Positions 9,291 to 19,857 of a DNA stretch of 64,000 bases are shown here, one piece after another (position 1 is the stretch's first letter; every line of letters begins with the position of its first letter). The notes under the pieces were generated by a model, which did not search any database, had not been told where the DNA came from, and was given only the letters and a program-made list of their open reading frames with translations. Source of the stretch: an uncultured Flavobacteriales bacterium (GTDB taxonomy: Bacteria > Bacteroidota > Bacteroidia > Flavobacteriales > UBA7430). The DNA is taken from the NCBI GenBank assembly GCA_943789355.1, contig CALSTU010000002.1, positions 135,854 to 199,853 of the forward strand. The letters are read 5' to 3'. Made by a program: the position numbers and the translations under genes.

Positions 9291-10838
9291 ATGAACACAG
9301 ACATTATAACATTAGCAATAGTAACACTTGTAGCCCTAATTGTAGGATACACAATAGCTTCCACTCTATTGCGGAATTCTATTGAGCGAAAATCGAAATC
9401 GATACTCGATGAGGCACAAAAAGCTGCAGAGCAACTTAAGAAAGATAAAATCTTACAAGCAAAAGAAAAATTTCTTGAACTCAAAAGCGAACATGAAAAA
9501 TTAATCAATAGCCGAAACCGAAAAATCACTGATCTCGAGGGCAAAGCGAAAGAAAAGGACACGAAACTTAACCAAAGGCTCGAAGATTCAAAAAGAAAAT
9601 CAAAAGAACTCGACTCTAAAAGTGAAAATATCTCGAACCAGCTTGAGATTCTTGAACGTAAAGAACAAGAATTAGAAAAAGCTCACTCAAGACAAGTCAA
9701 AGCACTGGAAACCATTTCTGGAATGAGTGCCGAAGATGCCAAAGAACAACTTGTCGATGCACTAAAGTCTGAAGCAAAGACTGAAGCTATGTCTCTTATA
9801 CAAAACACAATTGAAGAAGCAAAGCTAACCGCTAACAACGAAGCTAAAAAAATAGTTATCCAGACTATACAAAGAGTTGCTACAGAACATACCGTTGAAA
9901 ATGCAGTATCTATTTTCAATATTGAAAGCGACGATATCAAAGGTAGAATTATAGGTCGAGAAGGTAGAAATATTCGTGCACTAGAAGCAGCAACGGGGGT
10001 AGAAATTGTTGTAGATGATACGCCAGAAGCGATTATACTTTCTTGCTTTGACCCCATACGAAGAGAGATAGCTAGATTGGCTTTACACAAATTAGTGACA
10101 GACGGAAGAATACACCCTGCAAGAATTGAAGAGGTTGTAGCCAAGACACGCAAACAATTGGAAAACGAAATTGTTGAGACAGGAAAACGTACATGCATTG
10201 ACTTGGGAATACATGGTTTACATCCCGAATTAATCAGAATGGTAGGACGTATGAGATACCGTTCTTCTTATGGTCAAAATCTATTGCAACACAGTAGAGA
10301 AACAGCCAATATTTGTGCTACCATGGCATCTGAACTGGGGCTTAATCCTAAAGCAGCTAAACGCGCCGGGTTACTTCATGATATTGGTAAAGTGCCTGAA
10401 GATGAACCGGAATTGCCACACGCAATCTTGGGTATGAAAATTGCTGAAAAATATGGTGAAAAGCCAGACATATGCAACGCTATTGGAGCGCATCACGATG
10501 AAATTGAAATGACGAGTATTTACGCACCAATCATTCAGGTTTGTGACGCTATTTCAGGAGCACGTCCAGGAGCACGAAGAGAAATTGTAGAATCTTACAT
10601 ACAACGTATTAAAGAACTTGAAAACTTAGCATTGGCTCTTCCTGGTGTTATTAAATCTTACGCAATTCAAGCGGGTAGAGAACTTAGAGTTATTGTAGAG
10701 AGTGAAAAAGTAAACGATGAAAAAGCGGCTGCAATTTCATTTGAAATCTCTCAAAAAATTCAAAACGAAATGACTTACCCCGGACAAGTAAAAGTAACTG
10801 TTATTAGGGAAACTAGAGCTGTCAACTACGCCAAGTAA
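9291..10838 (+). CDS. rny: ribonuclease Y
   Basis: 515 aa. N-terminal TM anchor, long K/E coiled coil, KH motif [17 protein letters not shown] motif LLHDIGK. Confidence 0.95.
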   Translation: MNTDIITLAIVTLVALIVGYTIASTLLRNSIERKSKSILDEAQKAAEQLKKDKILQAKEKFLELKSEHEKLINSRNRKITDLEGKAKEKDTKLNQRLEDSKRKSKELDSKSENISNQLEILERKEQELEKAHSRQVKALETISGMSAEDAKEQLVDALKSEAKTEAMSLIQNTIEEAKLTANNEAKKIVIQTIQRVATEHTVENAVSIFNIESDDIKGRIIGREGRNIRALEAATGVEIVVDDTPEAIILSCFDPIRREIARLALHKLVTDGRIHPARIEEVVAKTRKQLENEIVETGKRTCIDLGIHGLHPELIRMVGRMRYRSSYGQNLLQHSRETANICATMASELGLNPKAAKRAGLLHDIGKVPEDEPELPHAILGMKIAEKYGEKPDICNAIGAHHDEIEMTSIYAPIIQVCDAISGARPGARREIVESYIQRIKELENLALALPGVIKSYAIQAGRELRVIVESEKVNDEKAAAISFEISQKIQNEMTYPGQVKVTVIRETRAVNYAK

Positions 10839-10854
10839 GATGAAAAATACAAAT

Positions 10855-10884
10855 AAAGCCTCTCCTAATGGAGAGGCTTTTTTG
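10855..10884 (+). terminator. rho-independent terminator after rny
   Basis: AGCCTCTCC-TAAT-GGAGAGGCT stem-loop followed by TTTTTTG. Confidence 0.8.
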
Positions 10885-10922
10885 TTGTTGAATGAATTTA
10901 TTTATAGCATCATGAATGTACG

Positions 10923-11671
10923 TGTTTTCATTCACTAAGGAAAATCAATGTATTTGTGGATTTAATGATGGGGGAATTGTTTAGAGTAAGCCTATTGGAT
11001 TTCCTTAAGACAGGGGTTCTTTGAAACCATACTCCACTTTATTTATTGGGCACATGCATACACAGATTCAAGTAGTACCACTGGTCTTCATACTCACAGA
11101 GGATTCGAAATTTCGACTTATATTATAAAGGGAATCACCAAACATTTTGACAGCAAAAACAAATGAATGGATTATGCTAAAGGAAGGGAACTTTCAAGTT
11201 ATTGATTTAGGAAACGGAATAGTTCACTCAGAGGAGCTGTTTGCAAAATCAGAAGTTTTTCAAATATGACTGGACCCTAACATCAATATAAGTTTACAAC
11301 GCCTACCAAAATACAGAGATTACCCTAGTGAAGCTATACCCATCAACAAAAACAAAAAAATAAGTATAGAAGATATCGTTGGAGGAAAAAGTGCTATTGA
11401 ACTTGAAACAAAAAACAACAGCATTCAAGAAATTAGCCTTGAAATGGATTATCAATGTATACTTAATTGTTTGAGTACCTACTCAATATACATCCTAAAA
11501 AGTGAGCTAATCATCAATGAAAATGAAGTGAAAAAAGATGATTTTATTGTAATTCAAGATGAAGAAGAAATACATATAAATTGTAAGATAAAATCAAAAA
11601 TATTCATGATTACATTCCCAAAAAAAAACTTCTTACAAAATACGCTGGAAACTGATTTACTCCAAGGATAA
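10923..11671 (+). pseudogene. pirin / YhhW-like (quercetinase-type cupin) pseudogene, 5'-truncated and disrupted
   Basis: Own three-frame reading shows pirin-like blocks split over frames. Frame b gives ..MMGELFRVSLLDFLKTGVL* with a stop at 11022-11024. The next frame gives GLHTHRGFEISTYIIKGITKHFDSKNK* with a stop at 11164-11166. After a +1 shift it reads WIMLKEGNFQVIDLGNGIVHSEE..VFQI*LDPN, with TGA 11267-11269 where pirins have the conserved Trp. That frame continues into track ORF 11444..11671. Confidence 0.65.
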
Positions 11672-11697
11672 ACCTTTTGATTGACTCCCTAAACTAA

Positions 11698-12453
11698 CTA
11701 CAAATCATCTGCCAAGGCTAGATATTTTTTTAGAGCTTCTTTTTTATGGTCATCAAATGTATAGGAAATACTTTCGTTTAAATACGCTCTGAGATTCATC
11801 CGATTGGATTCTGAATTTGAAAATTCATCTACGGCTTTCTTCTTTTGATCCAAGCCAACTTTTAGAGCTGTATTAAATTGGCGAGTGAATGCGTCATCTA
11901 AGGGTATTGTAGCAACCCAACATGCAAAAACAAAAGGAAGACCGGTGAACTTTTTCCATTCCTCTGAAAGGTCATACGAATAGGCATATTGATCATTTAA
12001 ATCAAAGGTTCTATCACCTATTACTACCCCCGCTTTAGTTCCAGAAATCAAATCTATATAACCCTCTGTCGTATCTTCGTAGCGAACATCAATGCCCCAA
12101 TAGTGTTTGGCTAATATTTTTACAAGCATAATGGATGTTCGAGACTGATAATCCAGTGCAATGGATTGAATTTCATGGATCGGGCAATCACTGTAAAGCA
12201 TTACAGTATTTACCTTTCCATCAGACCCGATACAATAATCTCCTATGATTTGACTGTTAGGAACGTCTGGAATTTCAATAACGGGTACAAGACTGACATC
12301 AACAACACCTGACTTGAGTAAATCAGCACATTTACTAGGATATTCCAATCTCAAATTAACCCGATTCATCAGATTTTCGTCCTTTTGAATTCCGTACAAA
12401 AAAGGGAGTGTATTTGAATATGAAACTAGAGCAATATTAATTTTACCAATCAT
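11698..12453 (-). CDS. mqnA: menaquinone (futalosine pathway) MqnA-type protein, chorismate dehydratase-like
   Basis: N-terminus MIGKINIALVSYSNTLPF with periplasmic-binding-protein-like layout (MqnA/MqnD family). I prefer ATG 12453, which forms an ATGA overlap with the upstream stop, over the TTG at 12462 used in the track. Confidence 0.65.
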   Translation of the reverse strand: MIGKINIALVSYSNTLPFLYGIQKDENLMNRVNLRLEYPSKCADLLKSGVVDVSLVPVIEIPDVPNSQIIGDYCIGSDGKVNTVMLYSDCPIHEIQSIALDYQSRTSIMLVKILAKHYWGIDVRYEDTTEGYIDLISGTKAGVVIGDRTFDLNDQYAYSYDLSEEWKKFTGLPFVFACWVATIPLDDAFTRQFNTALKVGLDQKKKAVDEFSNSESNRMNLRAYLNESISYTFDDHKKEALKKYLALADDL

Positions 12454-12929
12454 GAAAACCAAATTTGATGGATGGCATAGTATAGAAGCAATAGACTTAC
12501 TCCAAGTTTTAAAAATGTACCAGATAAAAATCCAACAAAAGAACCTACAGCAACTTTGAATGCACGTTTATTATCACCATTCACTTCAATCAATGCACCA
12601 ATAAAAGCACCGACAAAAGGACCTACAAGAAGACCAATTGGTGAAAAAATAAAGCCTACAAAAAGACCCGTAAAGGTGCCAAATGTAGCAGTTTTACCAC
12701 CACCGAACTTCTTAACGCCCCATGCTTGGAACAAATAGTCGAGTACGGATATTAGAAGCACGACAAATGCCCAAAGCCATAAAAAAGAAGGCCCGAATTG
12801 ACTGTTTGTGAAAAAGTGTATGAGTAAAACTCCCAAGTAAGAAATTGGTGGCCCTGGAAGCCCTGGAATGACACTACCCAAAACGCCGGTCAGCAGAAGT
12901 AAAAACGCAAGAATAAGTATTAAAATCAT
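12450..12929 (-). CDS. DUF456-type small multi-pass membrane protein
   Basis: 159 aa. Four hydrophobic, Gly-rich helices (GVLGSVIPGLPGPPISYLG...). Confidence 0.6.
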   Translation of the reverse strand: MILILILAFLLLLTGVLGSVIPGLPGPPISYLGVLLIHFFTNSQFGPSFLWLWAFVVLLISVLDYLFQAWGVKKFGGGKTATFGTFTGLFVGFIFSPIGLLVGPFVGAFIGALIEVNGDNKRAFKVAVGSFVGFLSGTFLKLGVSLLLLYYAIHQIWFS

Positions 12930-13180
12930 TACGATGGGTTCTAAATTCTATTTTAAAACTCGATGAACTCGAGAATCGTCAAATGAAAACCGACACTGCA
13001 AAAATATGAATTTATTCACTTGAAGGCCTTAACATACCCAAATAATCAAACCAAATCATAAAAAAAACACATGTAGTTTTCAGCACACATCGCCGTATAA
13101 ACACAAAAAAGTAAATTAAAATAAATCTACTATAAAGAAGGGTTTTATTAACTTAGCAGCTCAATTCTCAAGCCACAATT

Positions 13181-14524
13181 ATGAATTTAAATGCCCTTAC
13201 TGCAATCTCACCGGTTGACGGTCGATACCGTAGAGCTGGTAAAGAACTAGCTGCTTATTTTTCTGAATATGCTTTAATAAAATACCGCGTTAGAGTAGAA
13301 ATTGAGTATTTCATCGCTTTGTGTGAAATTCCTTTACCTCAACTACAAAATGTAGACAAATCCATTTTCACCTCCTTGAGAGACGTATATCTTAATTTCT
13401 CAGAAGAAGATGCTCAAGCAATAAAAGACATAGAAAAGGTAACCAATCACGATGTAAAGGCTGTTGAGTACTTCATTAAAGAGAAATTCGATGCTTTAAA
13501 TCTTGCAGAGTTTAAAGAATTCATTCACTTTGGGCTGACATCACAGGACATTAACAACACCTCTGTCCCCCTATCACTGAAAGAAGCTGTACTAGAACAA
13601 TACCTACCACAATTAGAACAGGTCATTGCTAAATTAAAAGAGTTAGCAAACGAATGGAAAGACATTCCACTTTTAGCTAGAACTCACGGGCAGCCCGCCT
13701 CCCCTACACGAATGGGTAAAGAAATTGAAGTTTTTATAGCTCGATTACACCGTCAATTAGAGCAATTAAAAGCCATTCCTTTCTCGGCCAAATTCGGAGG
13801 TGCTACGGGCAACTTCAATGCGCACCTGGTTGCATATCCAAAAAATGATTGGTTGGGATTCGGGAATCACTTCGTCAATAATATCCTGGGATTAGATCGA
13901 TCTCACCCTACGACTCAAATAGAACATTACGATAATTTAGCTTCTCTTTTTGATGCAATGAAGCGCATAAATAATATTCTGTTAGATCTAGATCGCGATG
14001 TATGGACCTATATCTCGATGGATTATTTCAAACAGAAAATAAAAGCAGGTGAAGTCGGTTCATCAGCAATGCCACACAAAGTGAACCCTATTGATTTTGA
14101 AAATTCTGAGGGAAATATTGGTATCGCCAATGCCTTGTTTGAACATCTATCTGCCAAACTCCCTGTTTCACGTTTACAAAGAGATCTGACAGACTCAACA
14201 GTGTTAAGAAACGTAGGAGTGCCATTAGCTCATACAAGTATTGCATTTGGAGCTCTTTTAAGAGGTTTAAACAAACTAATTATCAGAGAAGATAACATCA
14301 GTAAAGATTTGGAAAACAACTGGGCGGTTGTTTCTGAAGCCATACAAACTATTCTTCGAAGAGAAGCTTACCCATCTCCATATGAAGCACTTAAAGGCTT
14401 AACAAGAACTAACAGCACAATAACTCAATCGAGTATTGCTGACTTTATAGACACACTAGAAGTTCGTGATGCATTGAAAGATGAATTGAAACGGATAACA
14501 CCTCAAAATTATACAGGATTATAA
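13181..14524 (+). CDS. purB: adenylosuccinate lyase
   Basis: 447 aa. Fumarate-lyase signature SSAMPHKVNP. N-terminus LTAISPVDGRYR is typical of PurB. Confidence 0.95.
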   Translation: MNLNALTAISPVDGRYRRAGKELAAYFSEYALIKYRVRVEIEYFIALCEIPLPQLQNVDKSIFTSLRDVYLNFSEEDAQAIKDIEKVTNHDVKAVEYFIKEKFDALNLAEFKEFIHFGLTSQDINNTSVPLSLKEAVLEQYLPQLEQVIAKLKELANEWKDIPLLARTHGQPASPTRMGKEIEVFIARLHRQLEQLKAIPFSAKFGGATGNFNAHLVAYPKNDWLGFGNHFVNNILGLDRSHPTTQIEHYDNLASLFDAMKRINNILLDLDRDVWTYISMDYFKQKIKAGEVGSSAMPHKVNPIDFENSEGNIGIANALFEHLSAKLPVSRLQRDLTDSTVLRNVGVPLAHTSIAFGALLRGLNKLIIREDNISKDLENNWAVVSEAIQTILRREAYPSPYEALKGLTRTNSTITQSSIADFIDTLEVRDALKDELKRITPQNYTGL

Positions 14525-14533
14525 CTTGTAGTC

Positions 14534-14573
14534 AAAAAAAGAGGCCATTCATAACTGAATGGCCTCTTTTTTT
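14534..14573. terminator. bidirectional rho-independent terminator between convergent purB and yajC
   Basis: AAAAAAA-GAGGCCATTC-ATAACT-GAATGGCCTC-TTTTTTT: a 10-bp stem flanked by an A-run and a T-run. Confidence 0.85.
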
Positions 14574-14592
14574 AATTCAAAGTAAATTACTT

Positions 14593-14877
14593 TTAACTTT
14601 TCGCAATCGCAGATTTGTTGATTTTAAACTTAGAGGTTCCACCGTCAGCCTGAATTAGAAGCGTATCTTCGTTTACCTCTAAGACTTTTCCATGAATACC
14701 CCCAATTGTTAAAATCGCATCTCCCTTTTGAATCTCTGCGCGATACTTAGCCTCAGATTTTTGTTTTTTTACTTGTGGACGTATCATGAAAAAATACATA
14801 ATAACCACAATCAAAATTAATGGCAGAAAACTCATAATCCCACCCGTGCTTGGCACCTGTAATAAAATTGTCAACAT
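14593..14877 (-). CDS. yajC: preprotein translocase subunit YajC
   Basis: 94 aa. One TM segment, then FFMIRPQVKKQK and a GD.I.T.GG..G motif. Confidence 0.85.
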   Translation of the reverse strand: MLTILLQVPSTGGIMSFLPLILIVVIMYFFMIRPQVKKQKSEAKYRAEIQKGDAILTIGGIHGKVLEVNEDTLLIQADGGTSKFKINKSAIAKS

Positions 14878-15321
14878 CTAATCTTCTTTTAAGTTAACTT
14901 GTCCTTTAACGATCAACACCTTTTGGCTAGGAACCATATTCGTGATTAAAGTAACGCGTTTGTTTTGTTTTCCTTTTTTTCCCTTGCTGTCGAATTTCAC
15001 ATTAATCGTTCCCTTTTCTCCAGATATGATAGGTGCTTTTGGCCATTCAGGAACTGTACAGCCACAGGACCCTTTCGCTTCAGAAATAATTAAAGGATCC
15101 GATCCTGAATTCATAAATTCAAAAGCATAGTCGACTACATCACCCTGAATAATTTGACCAAAATCCCATACTATTGCATCAAAATCCATTTGAACATCTG
15201 TTGGTGTGTCAACTGCATCCAAACGAACTTTCGTCTGTTTAGAAGCGTTGATTTTTGATGCAGCACTTTCTTTACATGAAGAAAAAGCAAGGCTGATTAA
15301 TACGATAACAACAACTCTCAT
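14878..15321 (-). CDS. DUF1573 lipoprotein
   Basis: 147 aa. Lipoprotein signal (LAFSSC) and GSCGCTVPEWPKAPI motif. Abuts yajC with no gap. Confidence 0.75.
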   Translation of the reverse strand: MRVVVIVLISLAFSSCKESAASKINASKQTKVRLDAVDTPTDVQMDFDAIVWDFGQIIQGDVVDYAFEFMNSGSDPLIISEAKGSCGCTVPEWPKAPIISGEKGTINVKFDSKGKKGKQNKRVTLITNMVPSQKVLIVKGQVNLKED

Positions 15322-15362
15322 AATTTGTTTTGATCAAAGCAAAAATAAAATACTTAAGACAA

Positions 15363-16307
15363 TTATTCAACTAAGCCTCTACCTATTTTTTTTAATTTAT
15401 TTTCCTTCTTGAATCGAATGACTAATTTGTCAATAACCCCATTAATGAATACTTTACTTTTCTGACTAGAATAATCCTTTGAAACCTCTATGTACTCATT
15501 CAATGTTACTTTAACCGGAATCGTCTCAAAGTTTAATAACTCACAAATTGCCATCTGCATAATTAGCTGATCCATATCTGAAATACGATCTTCTCCCCAA
15601 TTACTGGCTGTTTCAACAATGTATTTTTTATACTCAGTGGAATTAACGAGCGTTCTTTTAAGCAAATTAGATGCATACTGCTTGTCATCCTCACTTTTAA
15701 ACAAAGGCAACATCCGAGCATACTTATCGCTTTCAAGCTTGAAGGATTTTATAGTTTTTAAAACCGCCAAGTTTACGGAAGCAAAATCATCAGACCAGTA
15801 AATACTTTTTTCCTGCAAGAAAGAGTGTAAATCTTCATTTGGTGCTATAAACTCAGCAAACAAAGCAGAAATAAATTTTCTATCATCAATAAATGAAGAT
15901 TTGGCGTTCTTCATATAGTCCTCATACAAGTCTGAATCTTGTATTTGACGTAATAATTTACTTTGAATCTCGGGGTTATCGTCCCAGTAAATTGGATCAG
16001 ATTCCACTTTTTCTAAAAGTGCTAAATTTTGTGACAATAAATTTAAAACCTGATTGTCGACAAACTTGGTGTTGGGATCTAAATCTTCCTGACTAGGGAG
16101 TAATTTATTTTTACCCATTTCTATTTTTTGCTCAGCTAAAGATTTTAGATTTACGAGCAAAACCAACATATGTATGTACAAATCGTGAGTTTTTTTAAAG
16201 CTCTTGTCCAACTCTCGCTCAAGCTTCATTAAATCGTCGCTTTCTGAATGAAAAAAAGCGTAAAGCAACTGAAGTACTTTGATGCGAATGTGTCTTCTAT
16301 TTAGCAT
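15363..16307 (-). CDS. nusB: transcription antitermination factor NusB (extended Bacteroidota-type)
   Basis: The NusB-like N-terminus MLNRRHIRIKVLQLLY starts at ATG 16307; the track start 16358 is a TTG. The C-terminal segment DRISDMDQLIMQMAICELL...FINGVIDKL matches NusB. A roughly 170-aa insertion separates the two parts. Confidence 0.8.
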   Translation of the reverse strand: MLNRRHIRIKVLQLLYAFFHSESDDLMKLERELDKSFKKTHDLYIHMLVLLVNLKSLAEQKIEMGKNKLLPSQEDLDPNTKFVDNQVLNLLSQNLALLEKVESDPIYWDDNPEIQSKLLRQIQDSDLYEDYMKNAKSSFIDDRKFISALFAEFIAPNEDLHSFLQEKSIYWSDDFASVNLAVLKTIKSFKLESDKYARMLPLFKSEDDKQYASNLLKRTLVNSTEYKKYIVETASNWGEDRISDMDQLIMQMAICELLNFETIPVKVTLNEYIEVSKDYSSQKSKVFINGVIDKLVIRFKKENKLKKIGRGLVE

Positions 16308-16370
16308 AGATATGGGTTTCAATGAACGTATAAATGGAACATATGTAATTCTCGACAAATATAGGATTTC

Positions 16371-17465
16371 TTATTCAGATAAACCCCTATCTATACGAGC
16401 TTGAGCAATTTGTTTTGCGGCGAGATGCGTGGTAATACCTTCAACTTCTGATTTACGATATATTTCAAGTGTCGTGTTGTAAATATTCTCCGTCTTAGAC
16501 ATAACCTCATCTAAGTCATATCCTTTTAATTCTGAATATACACTTACCAAACCACCCGCATTAATCAAAAAATCAGGAGCATATACGATTCCTTTATCCA
16601 AAAGGATTTGGCCATGCCTTTGCTCATCACCCAATTGATTGTTGGCGGCTCCTGCAATAATCTCACAATTTAAATGGCTTAACGAATAATCATTAACAGA
16701 AGCCCCTAATGCACAAGGAGCATAAATATCTATATCCGTATCATAGGCTAATTTATTCTCAATAATAATCCCCCCATACTCAGATGAGGATATAGACAAA
16801 CGCTCTTCATTGACATCCGTACAGTAAATAATCGCCCCTTCTTTTGAAAGCAACTTGACCAAATTCATACCCACATGACCTACTCCTTCAACTAAAACTT
16901 TTTTACCAGACAAATCATCAGAACCCCATTTAAATTTTGCAGATGCTTTCATTCCCATAAACACACCATAAGCTGTAACAGGAGATGGGTCTCCAGAACC
17001 TCCCATTGATTTTGGTGTTCCAGATACGTGACTGGTTTCTTGACGAATCATTTCCATATCATGAGGGGTCATACCTACATCTTCCGCAGTAATGTAATGA
17101 CCGTTTAGGGTATCTACGAAAGCTCCAAACCGACGCATCAACGCATCCGTCTTGTGTCTTTTAGCATCACCAATAATTACAGCTTTACCCCCACCTAAAG
17201 CTAATCCAGAAATCGAAGCTTTGAAGGTCATTCCACGAGACAATCGCAATACGTCATTTAGAGCCTCCAGCTCGCTGGAATAATTCCACATTCGAGTTCC
17301 ACCTAGTGCCGGACCTAAAACAGTACTATGGATGGCAATAATTGCATTTAAACCGGTTTGTTGATCTTGACAAAAAACGACTTGTTCATGTCCCATCAGA
17401 CTCATTTGGCGAACAATTGGATTCTCAGAAGACTTAACATCCTCAATATCATTTAATTTAATCAT
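16371..17465 (-). CDS. Leu/Phe/Val (Glu/Leu/Phe/Val family) amino-acid dehydrogenase, leucine dehydrogenase-like
   Basis: 364 aa. Catalytic-lysine motif LALGGGKAVIIGD and Rossmann motif VEGVGHVG. Confidence 0.85.
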   Translation of the reverse strand: MIKLNDIEDVKSSENPIVRQMSLMGHEQVVFCQDQQTGLNAIIAIHSTVLGPALGGTRMWNYSSELEALNDVLRLSRGMTFKASISGLALGGGKAVIIGDAKRHKTDALMRRFGAFVDTLNGHYITAEDVGMTPHDMEMIRQETSHVSGTPKSMGGSGDPSPVTAYGVFMGMKASAKFKWGSDDLSGKKVLVEGVGHVGMNLVKLLSKEGAIIYCTDVNEERLSISSSEYGGIIIENKLAYDTDIDIYAPCALGASVNDYSLSHLNCEIIAGAANNQLGDEQRHGQILLDKGIVYAPDFLINAGGLVSVYSELKGYDLDEVMSKTENIYNTTLEIYRKSEVEGITTHLAAKQIAQARIDRGLSE

Positions 17466-17599
17466 ATTATTATTATTAGCGACTTTATCAATACATTATA
17501 ACTATTGTTACATTAAAGCTGTATTTTTAAAATCAAATTAGTAAACATATTATATAGAACGAAATTACTCTTTTTTTAAAGACAAAAATTAATTTATAC

Positions 17600-19366
17600 A
17601 TGAAAGCGCTTCGGCATCTCAACAAATATTTCTGGAAGTATCGATTTCGATTTGTTCTTGGCTTAATTTTCATATTTACTTCGAACATCTTTGGACTTTA
17701 CCCACCGATATACATTGGTGAAGTATTTAATATAATTAGCGATGCTTTTGGAAACAAAAACTCCTTGGATGAAACAAATTCTGCCCTTATAAAAAATCAA
17801 TTAGCCTACTATGCTTTTCTGGTTTTGGCGTTTGCTGTCTGTAAAGGATTGTTTATGTTTTTTATGAGGCAAACCATCATCGTCATGTCCAGAATGATAG
17901 AGTATGATTTGAAAAATGAAATATACAACCACTATCAGAAATTGAGTATTTCATTTTACAAGAGAAACAAAACAGGAGACCTTATGAATCGCATTAGCGA
18001 AGATGTAAGTCGTGTTCGTATGTTCCTAGGCCCTGCAATTCTTTACACCTCTAACCTCATCATTAGTATTTCACTTGTGATACCCAAAATGATCAGCATA
18101 AGCCCAAAGCTTACGCTTTACGTTTTGAGCCCACTGCCCTTACTTGTGATCGCTATTTATAAAGTAAGTAGTGTCATGAACAAAAAGAGTGAAATTGTTC
18201 AAAGACAGCTCTCAAAGTTATCCAGTATAAGTCAAGAAACGTTTTCAGGGATACGCGTTATAAAATCCTATACACAAGAAGCCTTTGCTCAAAATCAGTT
18301 CATGAATGCGGCAGAGGATTACAAGACAAAAAATCTGTCTCTTGTAAAAGTAAATGCGTTATTTTTTCCATTAATGATTTTGCTCATTGGGTTAAGTACG
18401 CTATTCACCATCTACATCGGGGGCCTTGAAGCTATCGCTGGAAATATTCAAGTAGGACATATCGCTACTTTTGTCATCTATGTAAACATGCTAACATGGC
18501 CAGTTGCCTCTCTAGGATGGGTCACCTCAATCGTTCAAAGAGCAGCCGCATCTCAAGAACGGATTAACGAATTTTTGAGAGAAGATCCTGAGGTTAAAAA
18601 CAACACTACAGAATCAACAAAAATCGAGGGCGACATAGAATTCAACCAAGTTTCTTTCACCTACAGTGACACAGGAATACAGGCACTAAAAAATGTTTCA
18701 TTTTCCATAAAACAAGGAGAAACGCTTGGAATCATTGGAAAAATTGGATCTGGTAAAAGCACACTTGCCGAACTACTCTGTAGAATTAATGATCCCAACT
18801 CTGGAACAATTTCTATCGGTAACAAGAACATCAAAGAATTAAACCTGTTCGACCTGAGAAATGCAGTAGGATATGTTCCTCAAGAAGCATTTTTATTCTC
18901 CGACACCATCTACAACAACATTGCATTTGGCAGTCATAACTCAGATGATAATACCGTTTACAGGGCTGCTAAGCAAGCAGGAATCTTCGAAAACATTATG
19001 GGTTTTAAGAGGAAATTTGACACACTAATTGGTGAACGAGGAATAACACTATCTGGAGGTCAAAAGCAAAGACTTTCCATAGCTCGAGCGCTCATTAGAG
19101 AGCCTGAATTCATGCTCTTTGATGACTGTTTATCTGCTGTCGATGTCGAAACTGAGGAGCGTATTTTACAAAACATTAAAACGGAAAGTAAAAACAAGTC
19201 TTGTATTATCATTTCTCATCGTGCATCATCAATCAAACACGCTGATCAAATTATTGTATTGAAAGATGGTGAAATTATAGAGCATGGATTGCACAAAACA
19301 CTCATGGATTTAAACGGTGAATACGCCCAAATATTTAACAAACAGCTTGTAGAAGGCAAACAATGA
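17600..19366 (+). CDS. ABC transporter, fused permease/ATPase (MsbA/MdlB-type exporter)
   Basis: 588 aa. Six-TM N-domain, Walker A GKIGSGKST, signature LSGGQKQRLSIARAL. Confidence 0.9.
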   Translation: MKALRHLNKYFWKYRFRFVLGLIFIFTSNIFGLYPPIYIGEVFNIISDAFGNKNSLDETNSALIKNQLAYYAFLVLAFAVCKGLFMFFMRQTIIVMSRMIEYDLKNEIYNHYQKLSISFYKRNKTGDLMNRISEDVSRVRMFLGPAILYTSNLIISISLVIPKMISISPKLTLYVLSPLPLLVIAIYKVSSVMNKKSEIVQRQLSKLSSISQETFSGIRVIKSYTQEAFAQNQFMNAAEDYKTKNLSLVKVNALFFPLMILLIGLSTLFTIYIGGLEAIAGNIQVGHIATFVIYVNMLTWPVASLGWVTSIVQRAAASQERINEFLREDPEVKNNTTESTKIEGDIEFNQVSFTYSDTGIQALKNVSFSIKQGETLGIIGKIGSGKSTLAELLCRINDPNSGTISIGNKNIKELNLFDLRNAVGYVPQEAFLFSDTIYNNIAFGSHNSDDNTVYRAAKQAGIFENIMGFKRKFDTLIGERGITLSGGQKQRLSIARALIREPEFMLFDDCLSAVDVETEERILQNIKTESKNKSCIIISHRASSIKHADQIIVLKDGEIIEHGLHKTLMDLNGEYAQIFNKQLVEGKQ

Positions 19367-19451
19367 TGCACCTTTTCTATGTTTTTCTTTTATATCAGGA
19401 TAATTTTTACAAGATTTGATGTGCGTTAAGTGGGCAAAATCAAACTAAACC

Positions 19452-19805
19452 ATGGAAGAACAGGATAGAAAATCACAAGAAATCTTCTCAAAGATATTAA
19501 GAGCTGGAAGAAGGACTTATTTTTTTGACGTAAGATCAACACGTGCTGATGACTATTACCTAACCATCACCGAAAGTAAAAAGCATACCAATGAAGATGG
19601 TTCCGCTTATTACAAAAAACATAAAATTTATCTCTACAAGGAAGATTTTCTCAAATTCAAGGAAATGTTTGAAGATGTAACGAAATTTATCATCGACGAA
19701 AAGGGCGAGGAAATTATCTCTGATTTCGAAACGGACCAAAGCTCCTCAGAAAATTCTGAAAAGGACACGTCATCTTATACGAATATTGAGTTTGAAGACA
19801 TTTAA
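19452..19805 (+). CDS. DUF3276 / PUR-alpha-like nucleic-acid-binding protein
   Basis: 117 aa. FSKILRAGRRTYFFDVRSTRADDYYLTITESKK pattern and an acidic tail. Confidence 0.65.
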   Translation: MEEQDRKSQEIFSKILRAGRRTYFFDVRSTRADDYYLTITESKKHTNEDGSAYYKKHKIYLYKEDFLKFKEMFEDVTKFIIDEKGEEIISDFETDQSSSENSEKDTSSYTNIEFEDI

Positions 19806-19857
19806 TACCACAATAAATACTTCGATTTGACAAATTCAATACCTATTAAGGAAACCC

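Noticed and set aside
9272-10198. Two sizeable minus-strand ORFs (9272..9562 and 9683..10198, 96 and 171 aa) antisense to rny.
   Set aside because: Their Ser/Ile/Leu/Ala-rich low-complexity translations are the mirror image of the Lys/Glu-rich coiled coil and conserved KH region of RNase Y. They have no motifs and no independent signals, so they are shadow ORFs.
11267-11269. TGA sitting exactly at a conserved Trp position of the pirin-like sequence, which could hint at TGA=Trp recoding.
   Set aside because: TGA clearly terminates well-supported genes in this window, for example 8759-8761, the ATGA-coupled stops at 34505, 37378 and 44940, and mutB. The same locus also has frameshifts and an N-terminal truncation, so a pseudogene is the simpler reading.
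15363-16358. An unusually long NusB (over 310 aa versus about 140 aa in most bacteria) as a possible novel fusion.
   Set aside because: The extended form, with an insertion between the N- and C-terminal NusB segments, is as far as I recall the normal Bacteroidota version. The nusB-DUF1573-yajC neighbourhood is also typical.
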